A stretch of 64,000 bases of DNA from the NCBI GenBank assembly GCA_963726195.1, contig CAVSBO010000017.1, positions 29,712 to 93,711 on the forward strand, read 5' to 3'. Source of the stretch: Candidatus Thorarchaeota archaeon (lineage in GTDB: Archaea > Asgardarchaeota > Thorarchaeia > Thorarchaeales > Thorarchaeaceae). A model generated the notes under the pieces. That model saw nothing but the letters and a program-made list of their open reading frames with translations, did no database searches and was not told the origin of the DNA. A program made the position numbers and the translations under genes. Positions 20,468 to 30,666 of the stretch are shown here, piece by piece (positions within the stretch are counted from its first letter, which is position 1; every line of letters begins with the position of its first letter).

Positions 20468-20902
20468 ATGAAGCTCACTATTGACGTTCTCAAGCAAACC
20501 ATCGATACGCTGCACATTGGCATTGTGCTCGTTGACAATGACGACAAGATTGTACTCTTCAATCGCGTTGCCGGTGAGATGTTGAAACAGGACCCAGCCA
20601 GCAGAATAGGGACATCAATATACAGATGCCATGCTGAAGTGTCGGAGCCCGCTGTCAAAAAGATGCTTACCGAGATTAGGTCCGGCGCTCTCAAGTACTA
20701 TGAAGGGTGGGTAAACTACCTCGGCCGGATGCTGTACGAGTATATCTATCCGGTTCGCAACGAGAAAGGAGAATGCGTTCTCGTTCTGGAGGAACTGCAC
20801 GACGCCGCTGAGAAAGCGGAGTACCTCAAGACAACAGGTGAGTGGAAAGACGTTCACGTTTCGGGCGTGGGTGTCAAGGCTCCCCGAGGTCCCAGACCTT
20901 AG
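20468..20902 (+). CDS. PAS domain protein
   Basis: IDTLHIGIVLVDNDDKIVLFNRVAGEML...YRCH...RMLYEYIYPVRNEKGE is a PAS fold pattern. It is a single-domain protein. Confidence 0.65.
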   Translation: MKLTIDVLKQTIDTLHIGIVLVDNDDKIVLFNRVAGEMLKQDPASRIGTSIYRCHAEVSEPAVKKMLTEIRSGALKYYEGWVNYLGRMLYEYIYPVRNEKGECVLVLEELHDAAEKAEYLKTTGEWKDVHVSGVGVKAPRGPRP

Positions 20903-21032
20903 AATCGTGCACATCTGACGGCATGACCGCAATCGGGCATAGCGAAGGCTTGAAATACCGAACGAAACCAGCCGCCGACAGTCCAAACATGCTAGGCGTC
21001 ACAAGAGACGCCGAAGGACAGGGGTGACTTGA

Positions 21033-22223
21033 ATGGGTCGGGACCCGACTGGTTGGATGAAGCAAGAATACGACAAACTCGTGCAAGATCATTTGGATTG
21101 GAAAATCAGAGAGCTGCAAGGACCTTCTGCACCAAAGTCGAAAGTCGATGGTGTCGATGTCATCATGCTCTGCAGCAACAACTACCTCAACTTGAGCAAT
21201 CACCCGAAGCTCAAGGAGGCGGCCATCAAAGCGATACAGACCCACGGTGTTGGATCAGGCTCCGTCAGAGCTATTGCCGGGACGATGGATCTTCACTTGG
21301 AGCTCGAAAGGCGCCTAGCGAAGTTCAAGGGTGCAGAGGCATCCCTGACCTACAGTGCAGGGTTCACTGCAAACGAGGGTCTCATTCCCACACTGGTTGA
21401 TGAAGGAGACGTAATCGTCTCTGATGAGTTGAACCACGGAAGCATAATTGATGGAGTCAGACTAACGAAGGCCAAGCGCTTTGTCTACAAGCACCGCGAC
21501 GTGGCTGACCTCGAACGAGTTCTGACTGACGTTGAGAAGGAGAATCCAAGGAGGATACTGATTATCACCGATGGTGTGTTCAGCATGGATGGCGACATCG
21601 CACCATTGGACAAGATTGTGAAAGCCGGGCAACCTCACGGTGCCATGATTTACGTTGATGATGCCCATGGCGAAGCCGTCCTCGGGAAGGGCGGGCGTGG
21701 AATAGTCTCCCACTTCAACCTCACACACAAGGATGTCCAGTTTGAAATGGGCACATTCAGCAAGGCATTCGGTGTAATGGGCGGCCATGTATCTGGCAGT
21801 AGGGACATGGTGAATTATGCGTTGAACAAGAGCCGGTCTTGGCTTCTGAGCGCATCACACCCGCCGGCCACAGCCGCATCGTGCATTGCTGCAATTGACG
21901 TGCTTGAGACTGAAGAGAAATGGGTGAAGACGCTCTGGGAGAATCGTGAGTATTTCGTCAAGCGTCTTACAAAGATGGGCTACAACATTGGCAACAGCCA
22001 GACGCCAATCGTTCCTGCCATGGTGGGCGATAGCGCAAAGGCAGTTGACCTGAGTGCCGGTCTTTACAAAGAAGGCATCTTGGCACTTCCAATTGTGTTC
22101 CCAATGGTCCCTCGTGACAAAGCTAGAATCCGGAACATGATGAACTCCGGTCTTACCAAGCCCCAGCTTGACCAAGCACTCGCAGCCTACGAAAAAGTCG
22201 GCAAGCAGCTTCACATCATTTAG
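21033..22223 (+). CDS. 2-amino-3-ketobutyrate CoA ligase / 8-amino-7-oxononanoate synthase family (PLP-dependent alpha-oxoamine synthase)
   Basis: SNNYLNL, DELNHGSIIDG, DDAHG and the PLP-lysine motif GTFSKAFG are all colinear with Kbl/BioF. I cannot separate kbl from bioF by eye. Confidence 0.85.
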   Translation: MGRDPTGWMKQEYDKLVQDHLDWKIRELQGPSAPKSKVDGVDVIMLCSNNYLNLSNHPKLKEAAIKAIQTHGVGSGSVRAIAGTMDLHLELERRLAKFKGAEASLTYSAGFTANEGLIPTLVDEGDVIVSDELNHGSIIDGVRLTKAKRFVYKHRDVADLERVLTDVEKENPRRILIITDGVFSMDGDIAPLDKIVKAGQPHGAMIYVDDAHGEAVLGKGGRGIVSHFNLTHKDVQFEMGTFSKAFGVMGGHVSGSRDMVNYALNKSRSWLLSASHPPATAASCIAAIDVLETEEKWVKTLWENREYFVKRLTKMGYNIGNSQTPIVPAMVGDSAKAVDLSAGLYKEGILALPIVFPMVPRDKARIRNMMNSGLTKPQLDQALAAYEKVGKQLHII

Positions 22224-22392
22224 GCGATTACGTTCCAGAGGTTGGATTAGACATCCACGCCTCTGGAGCCTCTCTCTTTTTTCCGCGATTGTTCTCCTCC
22301 ACCTAGTCGCTCCGATGAATGCGAGCTGGTCCGAGACGTGCTTCAGAACCGTTGAGGCCAATCCTTATTCTCGCTCGCGCCAATGTATTCAT

Positions 22393-22635
22393 ATGTCGAA
22401 AGCATCTGAGGCGCAGAAGGACCTCACATTTGAGATGGTATTACTCCAGGCCGCAAAGACAGGCGTGAACCTGAGACTCTATGGCAACCAGATGTGCATC
22501 ATCGCAGAAGGGCAAGTTGCATTCGTGGGGAAGGGAATCGTGGCTCTTCGGCACCGAAAGGACAAGGATCCCGACGAGTTTGTCAAGATTGACAGCATAC
22601 TCAAGGTGCAGGAGCTGCCAGAACAACGCTACTAA
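22393..22635 (+). CDS. hypothetical small protein
   Basis: 80-aa ORF starting at the internal ATG (MSKASEAQKD...). The upstream part of the tracked 155-aa ORF looks non-coding. Confidence 0.3.
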   Translation: MSKASEAQKDLTFEMVLLQAAKTGVNLRLYGNQMCIIAEGQVAFVGKGIVALRHRKDKDPDEFVKIDSILKVQELPEQRY

Positions 22636-22696
22636 GAGGCCTTCCATAGCTCGCTCACAGACGCACACAAGCCAACAGTCCCGCGTGACAATCGCA

Positions 22697-23323
22697 CTAG
22701 GTTTCTTCTGCCAAGACGGCTCTTATGATGGAAGTAGCTGTTCTTCCGAGTGCCGTGACAACAAGCAGAGCAAGAAATGCCAGAATGAATCCTCCAAGTG
22801 AAATCACAAAAGCGAAGAAACTCAGAGAAGTCATCGCAAGCGCTGCGAAATAGTATTTGTATACGAGCCAGTAGCCATACATGCCTATGATTAGGAGAAG
22901 CCCGATAGCAAGCCCGTAGATCACTATGACCGTCTTGACTCGACGCTTCCTGAGGTCTACTGAATCAATCCCGTCGCCCATTACTGCCCGGCCTAGGCGG
23001 CGGTTGACTCTTACGAAGAAACCAATTGCCGCCAAGAAAATGAATAATGTGACCATAGAGCCCAACAGCAAGAGGAACACGGCGATATCTACTTCGATCA
23101 GATTGATGAGCCCGGAATGACTAATGTAGTACGCGACAAGGGAACCCAGCATTGCAATTGCAGACACTATTTCTACAACCAGGGCAATAGCCGCAGTTCC
23201 TCTGAAGAGTGACCCCACATCAATAGGTTCGGGTTTGCGGGCAGACTGACCAGTCGCGTCGCTATCGTTCATCTCTCCTCTCACCACACTTTGTCGGAAA
23301 TTGCGGACTCTGTCCTGTAACAT
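22697..23323 (-). CDS. membrane protein (hypothetical)
   Basis: 208 aa with about five TM helices after a charged N-terminus. Confidence 0.55.
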   Translation of the reverse strand: MLQDRVRNFRQSVVRGEMNDSDATGQSARKPEPIDVGSLFRGTAAIALVVEIVSAIAMLGSLVAYYISHSGLINLIEVDIAVFLLLLGSMVTLFIFLAAIGFFVRVNRRLGRAVMGDGIDSVDLRKRRVKTVIVIYGLAIGLLLIIGMYGYWLVYKYYFAALAMTSLSFFAFVISLGGFILAFLALLVVTALGRTATSIIRAVLAEET

Positions 23324-23479
23324 AGGAACTGATTATTCTCAAAAAGCCTTGTCGGTGACAAATACCACGAGTCAGCCAACCTGCCACCGAAGCCAATATG
23401 TACTGCGACTGATGCCGGAGGGCGACACCGCAACTGTCTAAAACCACGAACATTCTCATGTTGGGAGAGTCTGGAGGCA

Positions 23480-24142
23480 ATGGCACAGAAGATTCCGTGT
23501 CGGGCCGTCATTTTCGACTTTGACGGTACACTAGCCGACAGCATGCCTTTCCTGGAACGGATTGGTGTTCAAGTCATGATGGAGCACTATCCCGTATCCC
23601 TTGAAGAAGCGACCAACCAGTATCGGTCCACAACTGGACTGCCCTATGAACAACAGATTAAGCTGAACTTCCCGAATGATGAGCGCAACGAGGCCGCAAT
23701 ATCTGAGTTCGAGAAGCTCAAAATCGATTGCATATTCGACCAAGAGCTATTCCCCGACACCGAGTCCACCCTCAAAAGAATCAAGGGCATGGGAATAGAC
23801 GTGTTCGTATCCTCTTCAACATTCCAGTCAACAATAGAGGAGTACTTCAGAACGAAGGGTCTTGCCGGCGTCTTCGTTGAGATACTTGGTTACAGGCCAG
23901 GCTTTGAAAAGGGCGCGCACCACTTCAATCATGTAAAAACGAAGTACGGTATACCTCTCGATGAAGTTGTCTTTGTGGGAGACTCTTTGAAGGACTATGA
24001 GAGGTCCCGGGGCTACTGCAAGTTCATAGCCATGGAGAGGATGTTCACCCGACAAGACTTCAGAAAGGCGGGTCATGCCGGACCAGTGGTTAAGCAGCTA
24101 TCTCAGGTCCCACCTTTGCTCAGGACCCTAAGCCCTGCCTGA
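23480..24142 (+). CDS. HAD superfamily hydrolase (phosphoglycolate phosphatase-like)
   Basis: Motif I VIFDFDGTLADS, motif II VSSST, and motif IV GDSLKD. Confidence 0.8.
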   Translation: MAQKIPCRAVIFDFDGTLADSMPFLERIGVQVMMEHYPVSLEEATNQYRSTTGLPYEQQIKLNFPNDERNEAAISEFEKLKIDCIFDQELFPDTESTLKRIKGMGIDVFVSSSTFQSTIEEYFRTKGLAGVFVEILGYRPGFEKGAHHFNHVKTKYGIPLDEVVFVGDSLKDYERSRGYCKFIAMERMFTRQDFRKAGHAGPVVKQLSQVPPLLRTLSPA

Positions 24143-24174
24143 TTGAAGAAGCTCCTTCTTCTGCCAATCTCCGT

Positions 24175-25002
24175 ATGGCCTATGCGTCAAGTCCATATGC
24201 GCCAAGTAGGCCGTCAGCTTCGCCTTCATCGGGCCGGAGCGTACCAAACATGCCATTGATTAGCATAACTTACGAAACTAAAGACGGACTCAAGAATGCA
24301 GTCAGCTTCGAAACCGATAGAACTGCCCTCCACGTCGATGGAATTGGCGTCGCTTCGATTGACTTGGCACCGTTGTCTTCTTGCTCCAGAATTCACACGG
24401 TTGATCTCTCTTCGAATGCATTGCGTAACATTGACTTGACACCGTTGGCTTCATGCAGAAAGATAGAACGGCTCTTTCTTGGCGGCAATAGACTGCAGAC
24501 CGTAGAACTTGGCCCTCTCTCCTCATGCCCGAAACTCGAGGTGTTGGAGTTGTCGGATAACATTCTGCAATCCCTTGAACTCGCCCCTCTCAGCCAGTGC
24601 GAATCCTTGGACACAATCGATGTCTCTAGGAACACGTTACAGAAAGTGGACCTCTCACCACTAGCGAAATGCGCCAGTCTGAAGTCCGTTCAACTCTCTG
24701 ACAATCAACTGAAGTCAATCGACCTCGGGCCACTATCCGCTTGCACGTTGCTGGAGGACCTCGATTTGGGAGGGAATCAAATTCAGGAGCTCAACCTTTC
24801 ACCCCTGTCATCCTGCAAGGCCCTGCGCACAGTAGACCTCGCTAAGAATAAGCTGCGCAATCTGGACCTCACGCCAATCCTGGCCTGCACAAAACTCGCA
24901 AGACTTGACCTGAGAGACAACATTCTACAGGACTTGGACGTAAGCCCGTTATCCGGAATGACGGAACTCAAGATAATGGGTCTCAGGAGAAAACGGACCT
25001 AG
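24175..25002 (+). CDS. leucine-rich repeat protein
   Basis: About ten tandem 22-23-aa units L-x-PL-x-x-C-x-x-L-x-x-L/V-D/E-L-x-x-N-x-L-x-x-I/V-D/E follow a Ser/Pro-rich head. Confidence 0.8.
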   Translation: MAYASSPYAPSRPSASPSSGRSVPNMPLISITYETKDGLKNAVSFETDRTALHVDGIGVASIDLAPLSSCSRIHTVDLSSNALRNIDLTPLASCRKIERLFLGGNRLQTVELGPLSSCPKLEVLELSDNILQSLELAPLSQCESLDTIDVSRNTLQKVDLSPLAKCASLKSVQLSDNQLKSIDLGPLSACTLLEDLDLGGNQIQELNLSPLSSCKALRTVDLAKNKLRNLDLTPILACTKLARLDLRDNILQDLDVSPLSGMTELKIMGLRRKRT

Positions 25003-25098
25003 TATTCCCGAGGCCATGCAATCGTATCAGACATACTCAGTAGGCAACAGAAATCAGATAGATTCTATTCTGAATTGGTCAACACCGATCACTGTGTT

Positions 25099-26064
25099 TC
25101 ATGATTCGGGCTTCGGCTTCACAAGCACTGGACTCGTGGTGACACTGTTCATCTTTTCGAGGGCGTTCCTAATACGAGGGACCAGTTTCGCAGGCACTGT
25201 GATCTTGTTTTCTTCTGGCAGATACTCAAGCACGCGCACGATTTTCTCCAGACTGTTCTTCTTCATTTGCTGACATCTCGCTCCGTTGTACGCAGGGATG
25301 ATTATCTTGTCCGGGTGCGCGGCTTGCAGTTGCTCGACCAGACCGATCTCAGTGGCGAGAATGAACTCCTTGGCTGGCGATTCAGCAACTGTCTTCACCA
25401 TCATTCCTGTGGAGCCGACCATGTCAGATGCCTCTTGAACTTCCAACGGACATTCAGGGTGGGCAATGATGACAGCATTCGGATGCTCCTCTCTCAACAG
25501 CTCAATCTGGGCCACGTCAAACTGTTGGTGAACGTAGCAATGCCCTTTGGGCTCAATGTCAATGACTTTTACATTCGTCTTCCTACGAACATGCTCAGCC
25601 AAGTTCTTGTCTGGTCCAAATAGAACAGTATCAACACCGAGGTTCTGAATTACCTCCACCGCATTTCCAGATGTGCAGATTACATCACACTCAGCCTTGG
25701 TCTCAGCATCCGTGTTCACATAAACAACCACCGGAACACCGGGGTACTTCTTTCTTACCACACGTATCTTTTTAGGCGTCACGTAGCCAGCGAGCGGACA
25801 AAACGTGTCGGGTGCGGGAATATAGACAGGAACGCCATTCGAGAGAACTGCTGCCATCTCGGCCATGAATCGCACACCCGCGAAGACAATCATATCATGC
25901 CCTTTGTCAGAGGCGCACTTTTTCGCCAGCTGAAGAGAGTCACCCACAAAGTCAGCTACCTGCTGAATCTCCAACGGTTGGTAGTTGTGTGCCACAAGGA
26001 GCGCGTTTCTCTTCTTCTTGAGCTCGATGACTTTGCTTTGGAGTTCCTTTATGTCGGCACCCAC
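25099..26064 (-). CDS. nadA: quinolinate synthase
   Basis: LLVAHNYQ, DFVGDSL, FMAEMA and the conserved Cys positions are colinear with NadA. Confidence 0.9.
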   Translation of the reverse strand: MGADIKELQSKVIELKKKRNALLVAHNYQPLEIQQVADFVGDSLQLAKKCASDKGHDMIVFAGVRFMAEMAAVLSNGVPVYIPAPDTFCPLAGYVTPKKIRVVRKKYPGVPVVVYVNTDAETKAECDVICTSGNAVEVIQNLGVDTVLFGPDKNLAEHVRRKTNVKVIDIEPKGHCYVHQQFDVAQIELLREEHPNAVIIAHPECPLEVQEASDMVGSTGMMVKTVAESPAKEFILATEIGLVEQLQAAHPDKIIIPAYNGARCQQMKKNSLEKIVRVLEYLPEENKITVPAKLVPRIRNALEKMNSVTTSPVLVKPKPES

Positions 26065-26263
26065 AACAGCTCACCATTGTCTACTTGTCAAATCCGCTAT
26101 TAACAGAAGCTCATTGGGCAAAGCTCGTTATCGGTGGCAGCCGATGGCAACGATTGCATGCTTCCAAATTCACATCGCATTGAACGCCGACACTGCTTGG
26201 AGGCCAATCGCGCGAATCGAGCACCATCCTTGTGTTGAAAGCTCTAAATATAAAGGGCAGCTC

Positions 26264-26452
26264 ATGCAGAAGGACATAACAGGCGAGACCGTGTTGCTCT
26301 TGAGGACCATTAGGTATACACTCACTCTCCTTGTGTCTGAGGGCATAGTCTCGAAGCAGTTGTCCTTCAGGGATAGTCGGCAAGGTCTTTACAGAGTAAA
26401 CAACGATACGCAAGACTCGAGCTGGCATTCAAAGCAAACTGTGAGTCCGTGA
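26264..26452 (+). CDS. possible small winged-helix-like protein
   Basis: 62-aa tail of a tracked ORF (MQKDITGETVLLLRTIRYTLTLLVSEGIVSKQL...GLYRV). The TAAATATAAA box at 26245-26254 is too close to this ATG for a standard promoter, so the call is weak. Confidence 0.2.
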   Translation: MQKDITGETVLLLRTIRYTLTLLVSEGIVSKQLSFRDSRQGLYRVNNDTQDSSWHSKQTVSP

Positions 26453-26459
26453 TTCCAAG

Positions 26460-28601
26460 ATGAGCACGAAAGTCAAAACACCGCAAATTGACAACAAGCT
26501 GATTGCAGGAGCGTTCACGAAGGCCGCTTCCGATGTTGCCAATGTAGCACGTGGCAAAACCATCGGCGAAGGCAAAGGTCTCTTTGGTGAACCTCGGGAG
26601 CTCCTCGTCTTTGAGATGGCTCGTGCGTCAGGAGTGAAGCAAGACTTGCTGCCGCTCGGAGCCAAGGCACATGAGCGGCTGTTGGCAATCTTTAGGGATA
26701 ATCTGCCTGACGCAGAGCGACCTGGAATTCAAGAGAGTTCGACGCTATGCCTTTATGGACTCGTTCTGAACAACTACGATGAGGAGGACTTCAGGTATCT
26801 CTACCGGTACCTCCTCTACAACTGGAAGGACCAAGAGCAGTGTGAGAAATGGGCACACAAAGCTCTCGTGTTTCTTGGATTGGTAAAGAACCTGTCAGAT
26901 AGAGAGCTGTTCCAAGATATCGTTGACTGGATGAGGTTTCTCGGCACGCCGTCATGGAACCCGACCGTCTTTGTGAGCGCATGTGCTGAATTCGGCGTTG
27001 ACATTTCCTCCATCATGTCGGAGGACGACATGAGGTTCATCGACAGCATCAGGCGTCGCCCTCAGTACCTCGAAGAAGCAGTGACGGGCAAGACCTATCA
27101 TGAGGCGCGTGTTGCATCCCGAGACTGGGTTCCAGATAGCATGTCCTCCAAGATGCTTGCTATTTATCAGAAGCGGGCATATGAAGACGCACAACGAAGA
27201 ATCGCAAAAGACGAGAGCATACAACAGTCCTTCGAATCTGTAAGAACGTCATTCGAACAATCCAAGTTTCTCAGCGACGATGGTACACCATTGCCAGTCC
27301 GGCTTCAGGAATTGCCTGCACCCCCGATGGCGGAAGCAATAGACCCGACTGTGTTTGAGCTCATTCCACAGAAACTGAGAGTCGATCTGCTCTCATCTGT
27401 GGCGTATTCCACTCGGACCAAGAGCATTGAGATTATCTTCATAGGTGGGCCTCGAATAGGACGCAGTGGCATCATCATCAAGACGGACACTGGCGGAGTC
27501 CTCCTCGACTTCGGTTTGTCTGTCGCCAACCAAAAGGTGCCAGAATGGGTGCCCGAGCTGGAAATGATTGACAGTGTCATCATATCACATGCGCACCTCG
27601 ACCATGTTGGGGGGCTTCCTATTCTCTACGAACACTATGATGGAAAATGGTGCTCTGCTGGTGTCACCGGTGCAATCAGCATGGCATTGCTCGAAGACGC
27701 AATGAGTCTGGGCTCAGGGGAATTCTCCAGAAAGGACGACAGACACGAGGACATGATGCAGTTCAGTTCGGCGACGAGTTTGACCAAGGTATCAAAGAAC
27801 CACGTTCGCCTTGAGATTGGTAAGAGTGCTGAAGTGGGCCCCGGCATCGTCGTCACACCGATTGATGCCTGTCACATCCCGGGGAGCGCAGCCTACCTTC
27901 TCGATATCGAGGGGGTAAGGCTTCTCTACACTGGCGATTTCAATACCGACCAGTCGATCCTGTTTCCGGGCTCAAACCTACCGGTAGACAGTAGGGTGAC
28001 AATGCTAGACGGAACCTATTGGGGTCGCGAGGACTTCAATCGTCCTAAGGTAGCGGAGACCATCACAGATGTCGTGAACAAGCATGGTCCCGTAATTATT
28101 CCAAGTTTCGCGGTAGGCCGCTCCCAAGAAGTGCTTATGATGTTGGAAGCGCTTGGCGTGACTCAAAGAAGAAACGTAATCGTTTCAGGTCTCGCGGAAC
28201 GTGTGACCAAGCTGGTCGGGCTTACGGGTCACTGGCAAGCAATGAGAAAGAACAAAACTGTGCTTGAGAAGGAGGACATCTTGGTTGCTGGTGGAGGGAT
28301 GCTTGGCGGCGGACTCGCTAGGCAGCACTTCAGAGAACAATGCAACAATCCTGACGCGGCGGTAATATTGTGCGGATACCTCGCCCCGAGGACTCCGGGC
28401 TGGAATCTCCTCAAGGGGTATGAACCTCACCAATGTAAAGTAGAGTACGCCCGGCTCAGCGCTCACTCCTCGGCAAGCAAACTGGAGAAATATGTCAATT
28501 CGTGTACTGGACAAAGGATAATGGTGCATACGCCGGCTAAGACAGCTCCTGACGGGGTCACCATACCGGATTACAGAACGAGAGTTGTGATTGCCACCTA
28601 G
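26460..28601 (+). CDS. metallo-beta-lactamase / beta-CASP family nuclease with ~330-aa unknown N-terminal domain
   Basis: MBL motif ISHAHLDHVGGLP, downstream DACH..GSA and TGDF motifs, and a beta-CASP-like C-terminal half. I do not recognise the helical N-terminal 330 aa. Confidence 0.75.
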   Translation: MSTKVKTPQIDNKLIAGAFTKAASDVANVARGKTIGEGKGLFGEPRELLVFEMARASGVKQDLLPLGAKAHERLLAIFRDNLPDAERPGIQESSTLCLYGLVLNNYDEEDFRYLYRYLLYNWKDQEQCEKWAHKALVFLGLVKNLSDRELFQDIVDWMRFLGTPSWNPTVFVSACAEFGVDISSIMSEDDMRFIDSIRRRPQYLEEAVTGKTYHEARVASRDWVPDSMSSKMLAIYQKRAYEDAQRRIAKDESIQQSFESVRTSFEQSKFLSDDGTPLPVRLQELPAPPMAEAIDPTVFELIPQKLRVDLLSSVAYSTRTKSIEIIFIGGPRIGRSGIIIKTDTGGVLLDFGLSVANQKVPEWVPELEMIDSVIISHAHLDHVGGLPILYEHYDGKWCSAGVTGAISMALLEDAMSLGSGEFSRKDDRHEDMMQFSSATSLTKVSKNHVRLEIGKSAEVGPGIVVTPIDACHIPGSAAYLLDIEGVRLLYTGDFNTDQSILFPGSNLPVDSRVTMLDGTYWGREDFNRPKVAETITDVVNKHGPVIIPSFAVGRSQEVLMMLEALGVTQRRNVIVSGLAERVTKLVGLTGHWQAMRKNKTVLEKEDILVAGGGMLGGGLARQHFREQCNNPDAAVILCGYLAPRTPGWNLLKGYEPHQCKVEYARLSAHSSASKLEKYVNSCTGQRIMVHTPAKTAPDGVTIPDYRTRVVIAT

Positions 28602-28619
28602 ATGTTGTTTCTATATTCT

Positions 28620-30572
28620 TTAAGCAACGACATCCAGCACGCCATCGAGGACTAGCTTGGTTGCTACGTATTTCATTGCTTGTAAACTCACACCTACCCT
28701 GTGGACAACGTCCTCCAAGGTTGAAGTGCCATCGCAAAGGTCGACAAACCTGACCACCACAGCTCCATAGGCTTTCCTGTCATCCTCTCCCACGTCACGC
28801 AGCTTTCTCAGAACACTCGTTGGCCCTATCTCGATCTTGAAGTCCACCCATCCGTATTTCTCCATGATCTGGAGGCACCCAATAACCATGTCCCGGGGGA
28901 TACCTAGAGCTCTGACGAGACCTCCTACCGTTTTTGTACCATCGATAGCGCCCCTAACCTGCACAATCACCTTTCCCAGTTCCCTATTGTTGAAGGGCAG
29001 CGGCCGTCCGGATGGTTTTGAGCGCACAACGTAGTCGAGATTCACCGGCCTTAGCGGGAATGGCGCAAGAAGCTGGAAGACGGAAGTCTCGAATCTCGAT
29101 ATATCTCCGTCCCACTTTGACCAAACATCCTCGTAGTCTTGTTCTATGTCATGGAGCGCAGAACTCATGGCAGATCTCTGGGCATCCTCGTCGTTGTTGT
29201 TTGTTACGATTATGGCTGCTACGAAATGAGGAGACTTCTCGACAATCACCAGATTCCCTTCGTGCTCGATGGTTTCGAGTGCGTCAGTCCTTTGAGCATC
29301 ATCGCTTGGCTCCTTATCTATTCCACCAAACGAGTCAAGCGCCGATATGAGAGATACCACAGATGTTGGGTCTATGTCAGGCGTGGTATAACTGATATAG
29401 TAGACGATTTGGAAACTCTCCGCCTGTTGCAGAATGAACAATAGGTGAAGAACTCTGGCAGGCTGCTTTCCCGGTTCGATAATTGCCTCCTCAATTGCGT
29501 GTGTAGAGGGGCCTATTTCGTCACTCTCGTCCCATTCCAGTGACTCAGGATCTCCCTCGGTCGCCACTGTAGGGACTTCTTTCTGCGCGACCTGACCATC
29601 CTCTTGGTAAGGCACGTTCTCGAATCCGGGTCGGGCACGTGGCGCTTTGCCCCCTTTCGGAACCTCTAGCTCTTCCGTCTTGCGCCTGACAGTAATCATC
29701 TCGCTGAGAGGCCTATCTGGCAACTGTATTCCAACGGTCTTTGCTGAAACCTCAAGCATGAAACGAATGAACTCTTCCCTCCGCGTCTTGTCGGTTGCAA
29801 CCATGGGAAAAGTGGGAGCACCGAGCAGACGCTTGATTTTGTCGGCCTTCATCGACTCAGGAAGATCCTGCTTGTTGGCAACGATGAAAATCGGAGTTGA
29901 AGAGGCCTCCTTCCTAATACTTCGAAGGAGAGTCTTTGTGTTCATCACATTCCTGAAACTCGAATCAGTGACCAAGAATATGACGTCTGTACCTTGGAAG
30001 TAGAATCCCCAAAGGTCTTGGAAGACTGCCTGTCCCGCGAAGTCCCATATTGTTACAAGGAAGGTGCCGAACTGAATGGTCTCAGACGAATCAACGGCCA
30101 CACTTATCGTGGGAACGTAGCCGCCGGGTGCGGGTTCCTTCCCGAAGAGCAATCGGAGTAGTGTGCTCTTTCCGACACCACCAGCTCCCACGAAACTCAC
30201 CTTGAATCTAGTGAATATGAGCTCTCCAAGTATATCCTCAAGGTTGTCTCGAATATAGCTCATACTGTTCCCACGCAAAGCAGTCGTGATTCTTCCTGCA
30301 CTCTCTCGGACCTTGTGATTGATGACTCTGTCTTCGTCCCTTCCGTCAGTGACGAATATCAGAAGGAGGTTATCACCCACGGGGCTGTGGAACGCCTTGT
30401 TCTGCCCAACGTAGATTGGTGTGTCCGATGAGATCCCTTGAGTGGTCATCAGATCCTTGTAGCCCGCAAGGAACTCTTTGATGTCCGAATCTGTGAATTC
30501 TATCCTCCAGAACCGGGTCCTGACCACAACGCTTCCATCTGTCTTGTCAATGAGAATCACGTTGTGTATCAT
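28620..30572 (-). CDS. multidomain small GTPase (longin/roadblock-like N-domain, Ras-superfamily G domain, second roadblock-like domain, wHTH-like C-terminus)
   Basis: G1 FVGAGGVGKST (aa ~127-137), G3 WDFAGQ, G4 NKQD. The flanking alpha/beta modules and two C-terminal DG-x-x-T/S...ED helix modules were assigned by sequence pattern only. Confidence 0.8.
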   Translation of the reverse strand: MIHNVILIDKTDGSVVVRTRFWRIEFTDSDIKEFLAGYKDLMTTQGISSDTPIYVGQNKAFHSPVGDNLLLIFVTDGRDEDRVINHKVRESAGRITTALRGNSMSYIRDNLEDILGELIFTRFKVSFVGAGGVGKSTLLRLLFGKEPAPGGYVPTISVAVDSSETIQFGTFLVTIWDFAGQAVFQDLWGFYFQGTDVIFLVTDSSFRNVMNTKTLLRSIRKEASSTPIFIVANKQDLPESMKADKIKRLLGAPTFPMVATDKTRREEFIRFMLEVSAKTVGIQLPDRPLSEMITVRRKTEELEVPKGGKAPRARPGFENVPYQEDGQVAQKEVPTVATEGDPESLEWDESDEIGPSTHAIEEAIIEPGKQPARVLHLLFILQQAESFQIVYYISYTTPDIDPTSVVSLISALDSFGGIDKEPSDDAQRTDALETIEHEGNLVIVEKSPHFVAAIIVTNNNDEDAQRSAMSSALHDIEQDYEDVWSKWDGDISRFETSVFQLLAPFPLRPVNLDYVVRSKPSGRPLPFNNRELGKVIVQVRGAIDGTKTVGGLVRALGIPRDMVIGCLQIMEKYGWVDFKIEIGPTSVLRKLRDVGEDDRKAYGAVVVRFVDLCDGTSTLEDVVHRVGVSLQAMKYVATKLVLDGVLDVVA

Positions 30573-30666
30573 TTCGTGGGGCCACCTCTGGCTTTAGTCT
30601 CAATGTGGAGTGCTGCAGCTCATGCTCGTCCTAGGTACCCACAGTAATTCCAGATAAAGAAATCCT

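Noticed and set aside
24300-24960. About 66-nt periodic DNA repeats
   Set aside because: They are explained entirely by the in-frame leucine-rich repeat units of the 275-aa protein.
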